From positions 779,781-843,780 of the forward strand of contig NW_015164186.1 of the NCBI RefSeq assembly GCF_001447785.1: DNA of 64,000 bases, written 5' to 3'. Of the stretch, positions 47,191-60,391 are shown piece by piece. The translations under genes were made by a program, and so were the position numbers. The stretch is from Gekko japonicus. Taxonomy: Eukaryota. The stretch's first letter is position 1. Each line of letters starts with the position of its first letter. The notes under the pieces were generated by a model. It made no database searches, was not told the origin of the DNA, and worked only from the letters and a program-made list of their open reading frames with translations.

Positions 47191-49706
47191 TTGGTAATGA
47201 GCTTCATGGATGAAGAGGATTTGAACCCAGACCCCCACAGACCGCTCTCCTTTCCCACGCTGGCTGTTGTTGACAAACCAAAAAACGATTCAAAAGAGAT
47301 GTTCACTTTATTGATTTAGAGCACAAATGCCCTAGACTTTGGTATACTTACCGCTTTTCCTCTAAGGAGTTCAAATGTAATGTTTTATAGATACTCAACA
47401 AGCCTACAAGGCAAGGGGGAAAAGAGGCTTCTCCAAGATTAAAACATAAGCAAGCTTCATAGCAGGGTGGGAATTTGAATCTGATCACCTCAGACCCAAC
47501 CTGGTACACTGTAGGTTCTGCATCATCCTGGCAATTTCTGTCTTAGATGTCTTATTATAAAACCCTGGACAAATTCATATAGAACATAGGTCTGGCCATG
47601 GTTGCTACTAGCTATGATAATGCAGTGGAACCTCGATCGACAGAGGCACTAACCACTGAATAAAAGTTGTTGGAGACAAAATACGGGGAAGGCCCTCATC
47701 TCCCTAAAGCTCCGCTGGAAGTAGAATGCCGGACCTTGGTCTAATCCAGCAGGGCTGCTCTTCTCCTGCTACAGCAAAGAGTGGTAGTTGGAAACTGGGT
47801 CAGGGCCCAGTGCATGGAAACTCACTGGCATTCCCAAGTGGTTAATGAATAATGGAGGGTTGCCCACCTGGCTCCACTGCAGGGGACTGTTAAGTTGGGT
47901 CTTTTGGTTAAGTCACGCAATACTGATTTTTGGATTCATGGAGGAAAGCGCTGGGCCAGACACTGATGCCTGACTGCACATGATCCAAGTCTCTCACTAA
48001 TCCTGATTACCTTTCCCAGGTGCAGAATGCATGACATTTTAACAGCCTCCCTGTTGGATAATGCTAGTAAAAGATCATGCACCCTAGTCTTCAAGCCAAT
48101 AATGTGCAGTACAGACAGTCAAAGGACAGGGAACTGGAACCTCAACTGCACTGCCGTAAAACAAGTTCAGAATGTGCCTGGCGATCTGTAAGAGCCTCAC
48201 CTTTCTGCCCCATGACGTTACTTTCTTTCTGGCTCACTTTGGCCTACTGCAGTTTAAAAGCATACGAGATAATATTCTTGACGCACCAGACTATCCTGGA
48301 GCAAACCTCAGCCAGGATGGAAGGTATGCATTTCTGCATTGAATACCCTTTGCCAGGTCCTTACAATATTCTTGAGTTTCCTATAACAGCAGATCGTAGT
48401 ATCACCTTCTCTAGGTATCGCACAGCATTAATGTACATCTGAGAACCTTGTTTACTTCACTGCAGCAGAGTACAGTTACTGTTATAAAACACTTAACAAT
48501 GATCCCCCTAAATAAAACTAGTTGAAAGGGTATAAAAGGCCTATTTATCAAATCTTCTCTACAAATAAAATTCTGTTCAGGTTTTTTTTCTTTTGAATTG
48601 TGTAGTCCTCTGGACATTTCTTTCACAGATAAGCTGTAGACTTAAAGAAACTTTTAGGTGCTGTGAAGTTTAGCAAAAGCAGTTCAAATTACGGTCTACC
48701 CTGAGTGTCTACAAAGGACCCCTCTTCAATAGATCAAACCAATGGAACACAGAATGTGATATAAACTAAACTATTTGAATTAAAAAATGAACAATTCAAA
48801 TTACGCATAATGCATAGGCCAGGTACAAAAATGCAAAACATCAACAAATTGCCAAAAAATATAAGTATATAAATAAGGTAATATATGTATGAACAACAGG
48901 GAATAACAAAATAATATGTAAAATTATGAGTATATAATCATTGAAGAACAGCATAGTATTGATATTAGGTGTGAAACAATTACTATATGAATAATAATGA
49001 AAAAATATGCAACTGAATATAAATTGACTGCAAAGAAGTCTATGGGCGAAGAGGCGGGTGCTAACAGTCTCTTCCTCTTTCTCCTCTACCTTCTGTCTCA
49101 TATGCAGATGCCAACAGTGTTCAGACTTTTTAATCCCAGAGGGAGGTAAGCTCTCCTGCTAGCTCAGTCTCCCATAGGGAAGTAAGCAATGCTCAGGCTC
49201 TTAAGTGGGGGTGGGTGGCATATCAGTCCTACATCCCTTTCCTGAGGCCTATCTACACATTGTGCTATCCACAGGTCTGCTTTGAGTGCCCTCGAACCAG
49301 ACCCACACAGGGAGTTTTCTGATGAAACATAATTCTCAGGTTGCACAGGCACAATGAGGATTGAGACTGTGGTGGGCAATGAGGAAGGAACAACCCCACC
49401 CCCCCAGCCTCTACCACTTAACCACACAAACCACACCACCTCTTCCACGAGTGATCTACAATGCATTTTCCTACAATGCCTTCGCCTGGCTCTTATGTAC
49501 TCCAGTGAAGTTTACGCAGCAGAACTTCCTGGAGCATTGTGGGGGCCCCCACATTTTCATAAGGGAAGGTGCCACTTGGGTTCACCCCAGAGCAGCAAAA
49601 TTCAGTGAGGAGGGCGGGGTATAAATTGAAATAAATAAATAAATAAATAATACGTGTTGGGCGTGCCCAAAATCAGCTTTTTTTTAAACACCTAACCTCT
49701 GCCACT

Positions 49707-51172
49707 TAGAATCATAGAATGTTAGAGTTGGAAGGATCCTCGCAGGTCATCTATTCCAACCCCCTGCACTCTGCAGGAGCATAGCCGAAAGATAGCCTTA
49801 CAACATACCCGAAAGATGGTCGTCCAGCCTCCACTTGAAAATGTCCAGTGAAGGAGCATCCACCACCTCCCGAGGCAGTCTGTTCCATTGCTCAACCACT
49901 CTTACAGTTAGGAAGTTCCTCCTGATATTTAGCCGGTAACGACTCCCTTGTAGTTTCCACCCATTAGATCTAGTCTTGCAATCCGGAGCAAGAGAGACTA
50001 GATCCACTCCATCTTCTACATGACAGCCCTTCAAATATTTGAAGACTGCAATCATGTCCCCTCTAAGCCTTCTCTTTCCCAGGCTAAACATACCCAACTC
50101 TTTCAGCCTTTCCTCATAAGACTTGGATTCCAACCCTCTCACCATCTTGGTTGCCCTCTTCTGGACACGCTCGAGCTTGTCAACATCCTTCCTAAAATGT
50201 GGTGCCAAAAACTGGACACAGTACTCCAAGTGAGGCCTGACCATAGCAGATTAGAGCGGAACTACCACCTCCCGTGATTTGGACACAATGCTTCTGTTAA
50301 TGCATCCTAAGATTACATTAGCTTCCTTCGCAGTCACATTGCACTGCAGGCTCATGTTTAGCTTGTGATCAACCAGAACACCTAGACCCCTTTCACATGT
50401 GCTGCTGTCAAGCTGAGTCCCTCCAATTTTATATCTGTGCCTTTGATTTTTTGTACCTGAGAAACTTTGTCAAATGCTTTACTGAAATCTAGATACACTA
50501 TCTATATCCACAGCATTGCCAGAGTCAACTATTTTAGTAACTCTGTCAAAAAAGGAGATAAGGTTGGTCTGGCATGACTTATTCTTGAAAACCCCATGCT
50601 GGCTACTACCACTTAACTCATTCCGTTCAAGGTGCTCACAGACAGAGCATTTAATAATCTGCTGTAGAATTTTTTCCAGGTATTGATGTCAAACTGACAG
50701 GCCTGTAATTTCCTGGGTTCGTCTTTTTTCCCTTCTTGAAGATCGGGACAACATTTGCTCTTCTCCAGTCTTCCGGCACAACACCAGTACTCCAGGACAT
50801 CTCAAAGATTAGAGCCAGAGGCTCTGAAATAACATCTGCAATTTCTTTTAGCACCCTGGGATGCAAGCCATCATGCCCTGGAGATTTGAAAGTATTTAAG
50901 GCCGCTAGATGCTCCTTACTTACTCTGGACTGGCAGTTCCTCCTTCCTTCATATGCCCTGCATTCTTCAGTTTGTATACAGCTCGCCTTACAGTTAAAGA
51001 CCGACACAAAGTGAGAGTTGAGTAATTCCGCTTTGTCTTCATCCCTTGTTAAGGCTTGACCGTCTTCCCCTAGCAATGCGCTTACCCCATCCCTGTTCTT
51101 CTTTTTGCTCCGAACATAGGCATAGAAACCTTTCTTGTTATCTTTAGCATCCCTCGCAAGCCTCAGCTCCAT
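49707..51172 (-). mobile_element. CR1 LINE, 5'-truncated, with an internal deletion in the RT region
   Basis: VRPHLEYCVQF..FRKDVDKLERVQKRATKMVRGLE and VPEDWRRANVVPIFKKGKK..PGNYRPVSLTSIPG; ATTCTATGATTCT-type 3' tail; deletion junction near 50459. Confidence 0.93.
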
Positions 51173-51720
51173 CTTGGATGCACTGCTTGTTCGTACTGAA
51201 AAATATCCATCTCTGAATCTGACAAATGATAGAAGTTAAAAGGATCACAGATATTGACAATTTTCACATGGAAAGTAGCCTTCACCCAGTTGCCTTATAT
51301 TTTTAGGGAATAGTATCATTTCTTGTCTGGCCACAAGATGGTGCTGGTGGCCTAAATTAGACCATCTCCCTTTTATTTTTAGATAAGAAAGGGAATTTAA
51401 AAGTAGGGCAACAAAAGAAGCAAAGTATATTTGGTATGTGTGAGAGCACTTTTTAGGTATGCAGGAAAACCTTCCTTTGTAAATTAAAAAAGCACCCCTC
51501 CCAAGAAAAATGGTCCAACTAAGACTGAGCATGCTCATTGCCCTCCAGGAGACAGGGAATGTTGTCCAGAGCAGCTGAGCATCCTTTACAGAGGAGGGGA
51601 GCAGAAAATAGAGGGGAGAATGGAAAAATTGGCCTGATGGAACTCCTAAGAGCTCACGATATGGTAAAGAGGAAGATCTGTGTTGGGAGGAAAATTCCCA
51701 GGCATGTGTGCCTTCCCCAG

Positions 51721-51926
51721 CAATGTTCCCTCTAAGCTGTGGAGTCTTGATAGCAAAAATTCTACTTTGTGAGCTACTGGCATTAAAGTTGTGAGCCAGT
51801 GATTTGGCTACTGCATAAGTTAGTTTGCTCTGGAGCCATCCTTCCTGAGCTAAGACACAAATGTGTGAGCCGGAGTCTAAAAAACTGTGAGCTGGCTCAC
51901 ACTAACTCAGCTTAGAGGGAACACTG
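51721..51926. mobile_element. hAT MITE (CAGTGTTCCCTCTAAG family)
   Basis: TIRs present; 8-bp TSD TTCCCCAG/CTCCCCAG. Confidence 0.85.
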
Positions 51927-52199
51927 CTCCCCAGTAATCTCTTCATAGCCCTCCCAATTTCTACCTCTTACCATTTATATTTTATCCAACTTTTCAGATA
52001 AAAACTGTCTCCCCAGTTTATGTCAATTGAAACTAACTCCATGGCGGTGGTGGCAGCCAGAGCTGTTCACAAAAGAAAAAGAGAGACGGGCTCTGCCTTC
52101 AGCAGAGTGGGGGTTAGAACCAAGTGGTGCATTCCTGACAGGCACTGGCATCCAAGTGGGGCCAGCCTAGTCTTCCCTGGCTGGTGTTCTCGCTGGAGG

Positions 52200-52406
52200 T
52201 ACGGTTGCCAGCCTTGGGTTGGGGAATGCCTGGAGATTTTTTTTTGGGGGGGGGTGAAGCCTAAGGAGTGTGGGGCTTGGGTCATAATGCCATAGAGCCC
52301 AACTTCCAAGGGGGCCATTTTCTCCAGGTGAACTGATCTCTGTTGCCTGGAGGTCAGTTGTAATAGTAGGAGATCTCCAGCCGCCACCTGGAGGCTGGCA
52401 ACCCTT
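52200..52406. mobile_element. hAT-type MITE, same family, opposite orientation
   Basis: TACGGTTGCC..GGCAACCCT ends; internal similarity to the reverse complement of 2232-2450. Confidence 0.7.
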
Positions 52407-54469
52407 GAGGGAGGCAGTGCCACTGCTCAGTGGCCTTAGGCCAGGATGAGCTTGCTGTCACAGGGTAGCTGGAATCTGGAGCAGAGTTCTTTCTGCTAAT
52501 ACAGACGGCAGGGACTTGGGTGGGCTTCTGAGTCAGATCTAGCAAGACAGTTCTTAAGGATGCATACCTGCCACCTTGCATATCAACGTGGGATAGCATT
52601 CCCATCTTTCTGCTTGGGAGGAGGTGGTCCTGATTCATCCTTGCGCTGCCATTTTCCCGGTAAGTGTAACCAGCTTCCCCGCCCTTCAGGATGCCCCTCC
52701 CCATTCTATTTCCAGAAGGGCTCTTCAAGGTGTTGTGCTGCCTACTAACCACCCCTCCCCATCTTCTTGCTTTGTGCTTAATTTAGATGCTTTCGGCAAT
52801 GCAACCCACATTTGGCATCCTAGATCTGCACAGTTGCTAAGTGACAAGTCTCTGTGGTTTGGCTCCGGCCTGAATCATCAAGTGCCCCCCTCCCCATCAT
52901 CCCGCACAGATATCCCCCAGCCTCCTCTTCTTCTCCTCATCCTTTTAGAACTTTCCCATAATTTCTCTGCTCCCCATTCATCCCAACAAGGCTTGTTCAG
53001 GAGAAGACACGTGCATGCATGTGTGCGTGCACACCCACACACAGAGCGGCTTATGGCCTGTGTTCATTAGTGGGACAGGAAGGAAACCATGTGGACTTTC
53101 TGCCTCAGGCACCAAAACTGTTGCAGGCCAGCTCTGCCTCTTGGGGCTTGTGAAAAGTTGATGTGCCAGTCACAAAACTGGGTCAGGCCTACACTTCTGG
53201 ATGCCTGATTTATTCTCTGGGTAACAGGGAGAGCTGCAAAAGCCTGCTGCAGTTCATCCATTCATAGTTTCCATGAAAAAAACCAAGGGTCCCTTCCCAC
53301 CCCATGGGAGTTGTGCACACTGATCCCACGAAGGGCAGGGGGCTACCACTATATGCTGGTGCAGCAGTGCTACTTTCAAATCATCTCCAAGTTTGCTCAG
53401 GAAAATCACTTTGAGCTCAGACTTACACCACACATTAAAAAGGGATACAGTGACCATGCAACTCCTGCTGCTAGGACTTTGGATCAGATGTGCACCTGGA
53501 GTTCAGTGCAGGGAACTCAATTCCCAGATACACAGAGGCCTGATTCAGATCAGGACTGCAGCATTTTCCCAACCTGAACTAGTCCCATGGGGAATTTATT
53601 TGCCCCACTGAGGAAACTTACATGTAGCCAACCGCACATGTAAGTTTCCCTAACAGACAACTATTGGATCCATGGGCCCCTCTCAGGCTGAGAACGGTCC
53701 CAGTCCAAGTCAGGCCCACCACACATACCTAGGAATTAAGTCTTCAGCCGGGAATGGTCCTAACACAACTGCTGAAAGTACATGGGGACTTTGTAACATG
53801 TGAGTTGGCCCTTGATCAGCCTCACATACCACCACCATAAGAGTAATAATACTGGCCTGACAGGCTTGTTGTTAGGATTCCAAGATCATGTATGTGGGCA
53901 GCTTTGAACATTCAAAAGCACTGTTTAATTTCTAAGTGTTATGTGTTGTTAGGAGTAGGTCATCTTCCAACACAGTATAGCTTGGATCCTCAGCCTTTAT
54001 GGATGAGGAGAACCCATTCAAGCAGTATCCTCAGAAGCTCTGCATGGCTCGGTCTTGCTTTGGAAAAACAACAGTTGTTTGGTGTCTCTTTAAATAACCA
54101 TGCAGGGGGAGGGGGGAAGCAAAACTTCTTGGTTCTTTGGGGGTTTAATGATGCCTCTGGAAAGCAAACCCAGGATGGGAGAGGAGCTGAGTGAATTATG
54201 CCAGGTCGATCCACCTGCTGAGAGGCAATCTTCGCACCACAATCAAATTGCCTGCTCCCTCTGGAAAGGGAGCTGTGTTTTGTTCTCACTAACTGTGGAT
54301 GGAAATGTTACATAAACTCTTCTGACACACAAGAAAGGACAGCAAAACTATCCTGTAAACACAGCCTAAGACAAGACTCAGGGCCAAGTTACACAGGAGG
54401 TATGGGTTGTGCAACTGAACTTCCTAACCCTTCTGCTTTTACTTAAATTAATCTGGGGGGGGGGGGATT

Positions 54470-54716
54470 GATAGTGTGGCACAGTGGTTAACAGCGATGG
54501 ACTCTAATCTGGAGAACTGGGTTTGATTCCTCATTCGTCCACATGGAGCCAGCTGGGTGACCTTGGGTCAGTCAGAGTTCTCTCGGAGCTCTCTTAGCAC
54601 CACTTAACTCTCAGGGTGGCCTGTTGTGGGAAGAGGAAGGGAAGGAGATTGTAAGCCACTCTGAGACTCCTTCGGGTAGAGAAAAGTGAGGTATAAAACC
54701 CAGCTCTTCTTCTTCT
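54470..54716 (+). mobile_element. tRNA-derived SINE with CORE-like body and (TTC)n tail
   Basis: A/B-box head TGGCACAGTGGTT..GGTTTGATTCC; GTGACCTTGGG. Related minus-strand copies at about 28445-28577, 25620-25782 and 35200-35360. Confidence 0.7.
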
Positions 54717-55920
54717 CAGGTAGCAGCCTGGGGAAGGGGATGTTCATCCCTTTCCCTGGTACCATTTGTCTGATCATAGCCATACTGTCCCTGAAACTAT
54801 CGTTAGCCCTATGGACAGAGGGAGTGGGGTGGGATACAGGTACAGAACCTGGATTTCCTGGCCACCCACACCTTGTTTTCATGCATAACAATGTTCTGAG
54901 CATGTCTTCTGACTGGAAGGAGGCCATTACTGACCAGTGACTTGTGCAGAGATGCACCAGACAGCCTCCTCTGGGGGTGACTGATTCCGCTGCTGTCTCT
55001 ACAGTAAGAATAACTGAACTCTGCAGTCACGCCCAAGGCAGAATAACAGCAGCAGAGTTATCCAGTGGAGTGATTAGAAAGAGACCAGTTCAGAGACGCA
55101 TGCAGAGACATGACAGGCAGCCTCATCTTTGGATGGATGTGCACTTGTGTTGTGCTCTCCGGACATTTTAATTTTTTCATTTATACATTTCTCATGACAC
55201 ACTAGCAGTTCTCTCATGTCCCACAGACTGAGAATTATTGCTGTAGTGTGCCATGTGCAGAAATGGTGCTATTATAAGTAACTGTAATAAATCCTTCAAA
55301 GTGCATTTTCATGTGCCCAGGGGATACAGCTGAGGCAGGATCTGGTGGATTTGGGGTGGAGTGTGAATAAATATGCAGGGTTGGGGCAGGGTTTGGCAGA
55401 TTTTAGGTAGATTCTGGTACAATATAGAGTTTGCATGGTTTTTACACACACACCCATTCCCAGTTACCTGGCAGAGCCCCACCTCCCAAGGCCAACCACT
55501 GCCGGAATCCTGGCCCATTTGCGGTATAGCCCTGAGCTCCCCAACCCTTCCCTTATACTAACCAGGAGCCCAGCTTGTGTGTCATTAATGACATAGGTGG
55601 GAAAGAATGGTAATTGGAATCATTGTGTGCTACGTAGGACTGGCTTATTCTCCCTGGAAACAGCACTGAAGAAAGACAAAAAGAAAGAGTGGCATTTGTC
55701 ACAGCCGCAGCATGAATTGATCTCTGTACTTCAATCTACTGCAGCATGCCAGGAGGAGGGGCATCAACTCCCCCCCCCATGTGCTGTTTTCCCAGCCTGA
55801 AGCAGCCCTGGAGGTTGTCTATTTGTCACATTGGGGAAACTCTGGTGTACTCCGTCAGTTCATACTGAGCCCTCAAAGGGACAAATAACATGCAGAATCC
55901 ACTGGCTTTTCACACTGCCT

Positions 55921-56525
55921 AGTGACAGACTTCACGTTCCTGGGATCCCAGTTCACCGCAGACTGTGACTGCAGCCATGAAATTAAAAGACGCCTGCTCC
56001 TTGGGAGGAAAGCGATGGCGAACCTAGACAGCATGATAAAAAGTAGAGACATCACCCTGCCAACAAAAGTCCGCATGGTCAAAGCAATGGTATTCCCAGT
56101 TGTCATGTATAGCTGCGAGAGTTGAACTATAAGGAAGGCCGAGCGCTGAAGAATAGGTTCTTTTGAACTATGGTGCTGGAGAAGACTCTTGAGAGTCCCT
56201 TGGAGTGCAAGAAGATCAAATCAGTCAAGCCTAAAAGAAATCAACCCTGACTGTTCCCTGGAAGGCCAGATACTGAAACTGAAGCTCAAATACTTTGGCC
56301 ACCAAATGAGAAGGGAGCCCTCACTGGAGAAGACCCTGATGCTGGGAAAGATTGAAGGTCAAAGAAGACGGGGACGGCAAAGGATGAGATGGTTAGACAG
56401 TGTCATAGATGCAACAAACATGAAATTGAGCAAACTTCAGAGGACGGCGGAAGACAGGAGGGCCTGGCGGGATCTGGTCCATGGGGTCGTGGAGAGTCGG
56501 ACTCGACTGTGCAACTGAACAACAA
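55921..56525 (+). mobile_element. RTE-BovB LINE 3' fragment
   Basis: Closely similar to 3957-4565; ends CTGAACAACAA. Confidence 0.92.
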
Positions 56526-58050
56526 AGTGCTAGTTATCCCCAGGGCCATTTCAAGTTAGGAAAATGACATGGGGGTGGGGTGGGAGGTTGTAGGGTTTTA
56601 AGAGCCCAACAAACATACAATGTCTTAAATTGTTACTTGGGGTATTAAATAAAGAATAGATAAAAATCCCAACTCATTAAGCTATCAGCTCAGTATTTAT
56701 AACTATGCGTTTATGTAAATATACACTCACACAATTGCTTCCTCTCAAATCTGAACTTCTGTTCACAAACACACACACACTTGCTTTCCCCCCTACCACT
56801 GAGAGATAATGGCATATCAGGTTGAATGCACTTTCTCTTGGAGTTGGGTCTTCTGGCACTTCTGCGGAGTTCTGTCTACTTTTTCCTCAGCAGTTCAAGC
56901 TACTGGTCAGCCTTGTTAAAATGGCTTCCATCTGGCTCTCACCCCCTTCCTTGCTTTGCATCTGCTGTTTGTGACATGCTGCTGTGCTTGATCTTTCAGT
57001 CCTTTCTGAACTCTTGCCAGGGGTTCCCTGCCTCCCGACGAGTCCTTTCATCTCTACCAACTCCTCAACTGACCCTTTCCCAACTGTCACTCACTTCCAG
57101 CTTTCTCCCATCTCCCCAACAACTAGATCCTCTCGGCAGCCTACGGATGCCATATGGCCACTCCTTATGTAAAGTTCACTGCGGGATAGTGCTCTCTTTC
57201 TGGGAAGCCTGTCTGCCATAGTTGATCTCACTGAGGAAAACCCTGATAAAGCACCCAAGGAACCTGAGAGTTTCCTAGAACACTGTTTAAAAAACACTGG
57301 CCTAGTGGGAAAGGCCTTCAGGTTTTGAAATACTGTGTCTTGCCTTCGGTCTCCTGTGACTTCCCTTCTAGGGAAGTGGCAGATACAGAAGTTCACAACC
57401 CTGCATCTCGTCATTTTGGTTTTGGAGTCCTGCTACTCTGACACTGAAAAAGAGCTTTAGTTTCTGCAGAGAAACAGCCATTCAGCCTCATCACAGGGCC
57501 CCTGACTGTGCCAGCCCTCCAAGCAGGCAGTCATGCCGTGCCAAGGACCCAAGTTCCCAGCAAATCTGGGATCCCAGATGTCCTCCCACAAGAATGTTCT
57601 AACAAGTATGTGCAATCTGCTGTTGGTGCCAGATGGGTTCTAACTGAGGTTTGTTTTTCCAGAGACATCCATACCTCTCAGGCATCTTAGATGCTAAGAT
57701 GAATTCCAGAGGGGAAAGCCCCATTACCCGATTGTAGCAAATGCAACAAAGGGTCTGGTGGTACCTTCTAAAGGAACCCATTTATTGTGGTACAAGCTTT
57801 GGTAGGACCAGAGCCTGTTTGGACCATAGCATGAAATGTTATCTTCAGTTTGTGGATCCACACACACACATGCACGCACGCATGCACACATGGGTAAAGA
57901 GGGAAACGGGGGGGGGGGGCTTGCCCTGCAAAAGATCTGTGGCATTTCAATGCAAAGCCCAATTTGCCATTAAATTCCAGGGGCTAAGCACGGTGGAGGG
58001 GTGGAGGTGGTGAAAGTAGACACACTTGACTAGGTCTGCAAGTCTGGGCA

Positions 58051-58268
58051 TAGGGCTGCCAACCTTCAGGTGAGGGCTGGAAATCTCCCAGAATTACAGC
58101 TGATCTCCGGATGACAGAGACCACTTCCCTTGGAGCAAATGGCTGCTTTGGAGGGTGGACTCTCTGGCACAATACCCTGCAAAGGTCCCTCCCTTCTCCA
58201 AACCCTGCCCTCCCCAGGTTCCGCCCCCAAATCTCCAGTTATTTCCCAGGCGGGAGTTGGCAACCTTA
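58051..58268. mobile_element. hAT-type MITE, same family as 2232-2450
   Basis: TAGGGCTGCC..GGCAACCTTA; 8-bp TSD TCTGGGCA/TCTGGTCA. Confidence 0.8.
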
Positions 58269-59749
58269 TCTGGTCAGCGTGAAGACAGTCTAGTTGCAAG
58301 CTGATTCTCAGTACTGGGTTTCAGTTATGGCATTTCAGAAGTAAAATAGAAAATGATCTTTCATTACTCATGAGACTGTATGTAAGGGATGGGATTGGGG
58401 GATTGGGGGGGGAGCAATTGTTACAGGTTTGTACGGGCCCAAAAGAAGCAACACTTGGTCACGGTGGGTTTCTGCATATCAGCAACATGTCTGTCACATT
58501 TCTGTGCAGGTTTATTTTCCAGTTTGCTAACATATTTGAAAGGATCTGCCACATATACAAACAATGTCAGCCATAATCTAGTGAGATCAGAAGGCACTTT
58601 GGGGGATGGGGGGGGGGAGCGCACATAACTTTTCTGGCTATCTGCTTTGAAAATCTTCTTGCAAATATGGGTTTTGTGCAAATAGTAACAGCAACAGACG
58701 TTTCACACAGAGGGCAAAAGGAGTCATTTTCTATTTGATCTGGCACTTGTAGCTTTCTGGTGGAGTTTACCATATCCAGTCTTGGGTACCGCCTACGTAA
58801 ACTGTAAAGGTTATATTCTTAATGTTTGTGAAGCACTTTGAATACCGTGCTACATACACGTGAGGTAGTTATTATTGACATAAGCAACCCCAATGGTCTC
58901 TAAGAGAGGTTGTATTTATAGAGACTCAGAGCGCAAGATATGAAAAGGTGCTCCCCCCCCCCCCCAAAAAAAAAACCTTTGCCTTACTGAAAAGGATGGT
59001 AGGGCACAACTGTCCAGTGTCATGGCTCTAAGGGCTTTTTGCTGCTTCTGCAAGTGTTTCTGCTTGACTGTCTAACTAGACATATGGGAGAAGGTGCCAG
59101 AACAAGTCAGTGCCTTGAAGTAGAAAACCTCATGCAACCATTTCAGGCAGGAGATTTCAGGGGGCAGGAAGGGAGACATCTATCCCTTGGGGTGCAAACC
59201 ACTGGAAAGAAGGCCCCTTGCAATGGATTGTAAGTTTCATGCTACAGACAACAGTGAACCTGTAGTATGTTATTGTAGTCTCAAAGATGTGGAAATGGAA
59301 TGGTGGGCTCCAATGATTGCTTGTGCTGGAAGCAAGAGACCGACCAGTTGGATCGTTGATTTGATCTGGCCAGGCCATTTTGCAAACAGCATTTATCATA
59401 CTAATGAGACAACAAGGGAATAAAAAGGAAATAAATCCAGAGTGACTCATTCTATCAAAGAGGGAAAACACATCAATTCCCCTCAATTAAAGAGGATTTT
59501 AAAAAAAAACCTTGAACATTTAAATCAACCTGTTCATTCCATATCAGTGTATGGAGATGACGTCTCTCCAGCTAATTCATCTGACTAGTGTCTTGATATT
59601 TAGCTCATTGATGGGATGAAATTAAGTTATCTTTCGCCGGTTCGTGTTGCAAATGCATTAACTCCCTTCCTTCCAGAACAGCAGCACTTTCCTCTCTAAA
59701 ACAACCCTGCTCTGTGACCTGTATTTATTACAAACTAGCATAAAAAAGC

Positions 59750-60049
59750 GGAGCCTGGAGGACTGAGCCGAAGCCGCGCCGGAGCATGCCGTGCGATGGA
59801 AGGGCCCTGCTGACCCAACACGGAAAGACCACCGGAAGGGAAGGAGCCAGAAGCCGAGCTGCCGAGCCGACGAAGCCGACCTGGGAAGAAAAGATCGACC
59901 AGTCCCTCCACTAGGTGCCGGTAGGGATTGTCCCCACCCCCTAGTATCTGTGGCCATAGGTTAGGGATAACTGATTAACTGTAGCCGCTCAGAGACCCCT
60001 TGGGGGGTTCGAGCGGGGTAGTAAGTTGAAATAAATAAATACATAAATA
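59750..60049 (+). mobile_element. Young L2-type retroposon 3' end with an 11-bp TSD
   Basis: TGTAGCCGCTCAGAG..GAGCGGGGTA..(TAAA)n tail; TSD CATAAAAAAGC at 59739-59749 and 60050-60060; CpGs retained. Confidence 0.75.
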
Positions 60050-60142
60050 CATAAAAAAGCATCATATTGTGATGGTTAGGGTACATCTTGAAGCGAGGTC
60101 CAGATTTAGTAGGGTCCCCCTGTGGTGCAACATGTGGTCTCC

Positions 60143-60348
60143 CAAGGTTCCCTCTAAGCTGTGGAGTCTTGTGAGCAAGATTTTTACTTTGTGAGCTACT
60201 GGCATTAAAGTTTTGAGCAAGTGATTTGGCTACTGCATAAATCAGTTTGTTCTGGACCCATCCTCCCTGAGCTAAGAAAAAAATGTGTGAGCCGGAGGCT
60301 AAAAAACTGTGAGCTAGCTCACACTAACTCAGCTTAGAGGGACCACTG
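60143..60348. mobile_element. hAT MITE (CAGTGTTCCCTCTAAG family)
   Basis: Full-length similarity to 51721-51926; a 5' fragment also lies at about 32966-33030. Confidence 0.82.
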
Positions 60349-60391
60349 GTCCACACTGATATGGATTGCTCTTCTCCCATGGTTTCCAGTT

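Noticed and set aside
56887-57093. Selenoprotein read-through of two in-frame TGA codons
   Set aside because: No SECIS recognised and no similarity to selenoprotein families I know.
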